DNA from: Candidatus Thorarchaeota archaeon
GTDB lineage: Archaea; Asgardarchaeota; Thorarchaeia; Thorarchaeales; Thorarchaeaceae
DNA length: 25,338 bases
Direction: 5' to 3'
NCBI GenBank assembly: GCA_016840855.1
Contig: JAEORO010000107.1
Coordinates: 1-25,338, forward strand
The notes beneath the pieces were generated by a model. It had not been told where the DNA came from. It was given only the letters and a program-made list of their open reading frames with translations, and made no database searches. The translations under genes and the position numbers were made by a program. Below are positions 25,234-25,338 of this stretch, one piece after another; position 1 is the first letter of the stretch; each line of letters begins with the position of its first letter.

Positions 25234-25338
25234 CTAGCAATGTATTCGTGTATAGAGTCTGAGTGTATTTTCTAAAATAATTGTTTGGAGTTCATCATCA
25301 TCCATTCTCAATATTTGAGCCACTTCTCGAATTACAAG
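25234..25338 (-). CDS. 3' end of a probable TatD/amidohydrolase-family protein (partial)
   Basis: Hand translation LVIREVAQILRMDDDELQTIILENTLRLYTRIHC* resembles the TatD C-terminus (V...IA.......E+......N..RL+). Confidence 0.5.
   Translation of the reverse strand, partial: LVIREVAQILRMDDDELQTIILENTLRLYTRIHC

Overview
Gene-dense archaeal chromosomal window, most likely from an Asgard archaeon (Thorarchaeia-like). This placement is inferred from longin, roadblock and gelsolin-like ORFs together with archaeal Cdc48 and topoisomerase VI. Recognisable genes: a GbsR/MarR regulator with tandem palindromic operators and a downstream phytoene-desaturase-like oxidoreductase (partial), hsp20-cdc48, a COG2509 FAD oxidoreductase, an AN1-zinc-finger/M50 protease fusion, top6B and a divergent top6A, two PD-(D/E)xK nucleases, a roadblock protein, an orphan NifB-like radical SAM enzyme, DUF2797 plus AmrS, and a transglutaminase-like protein. 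The most interesting candidates are: (1) a tandem pair of longin + double winged-helix proteins resembling the GATOR1 subunits NPRL2/NPRL3, near a roadblock gene; (2) a co-oriented run below cdc48 encoding a V4R/Bet3-like protein, a 2-TM protein with a Pro7 tail, a single-domain gelsolin-like protein and a SNAP-like solenoid/Ig/coiled-coil protein; (3) a GC-rich switch-like leader upstream of hsp20; (4) a Top6A with DxD changed to DxS, followed by coiled-coil-wHTH and nuclease genes. No rRNA, tRNA, CRISPR array or mobile element was recognised. All family calls come from reading motifs by eye; no searches were run.
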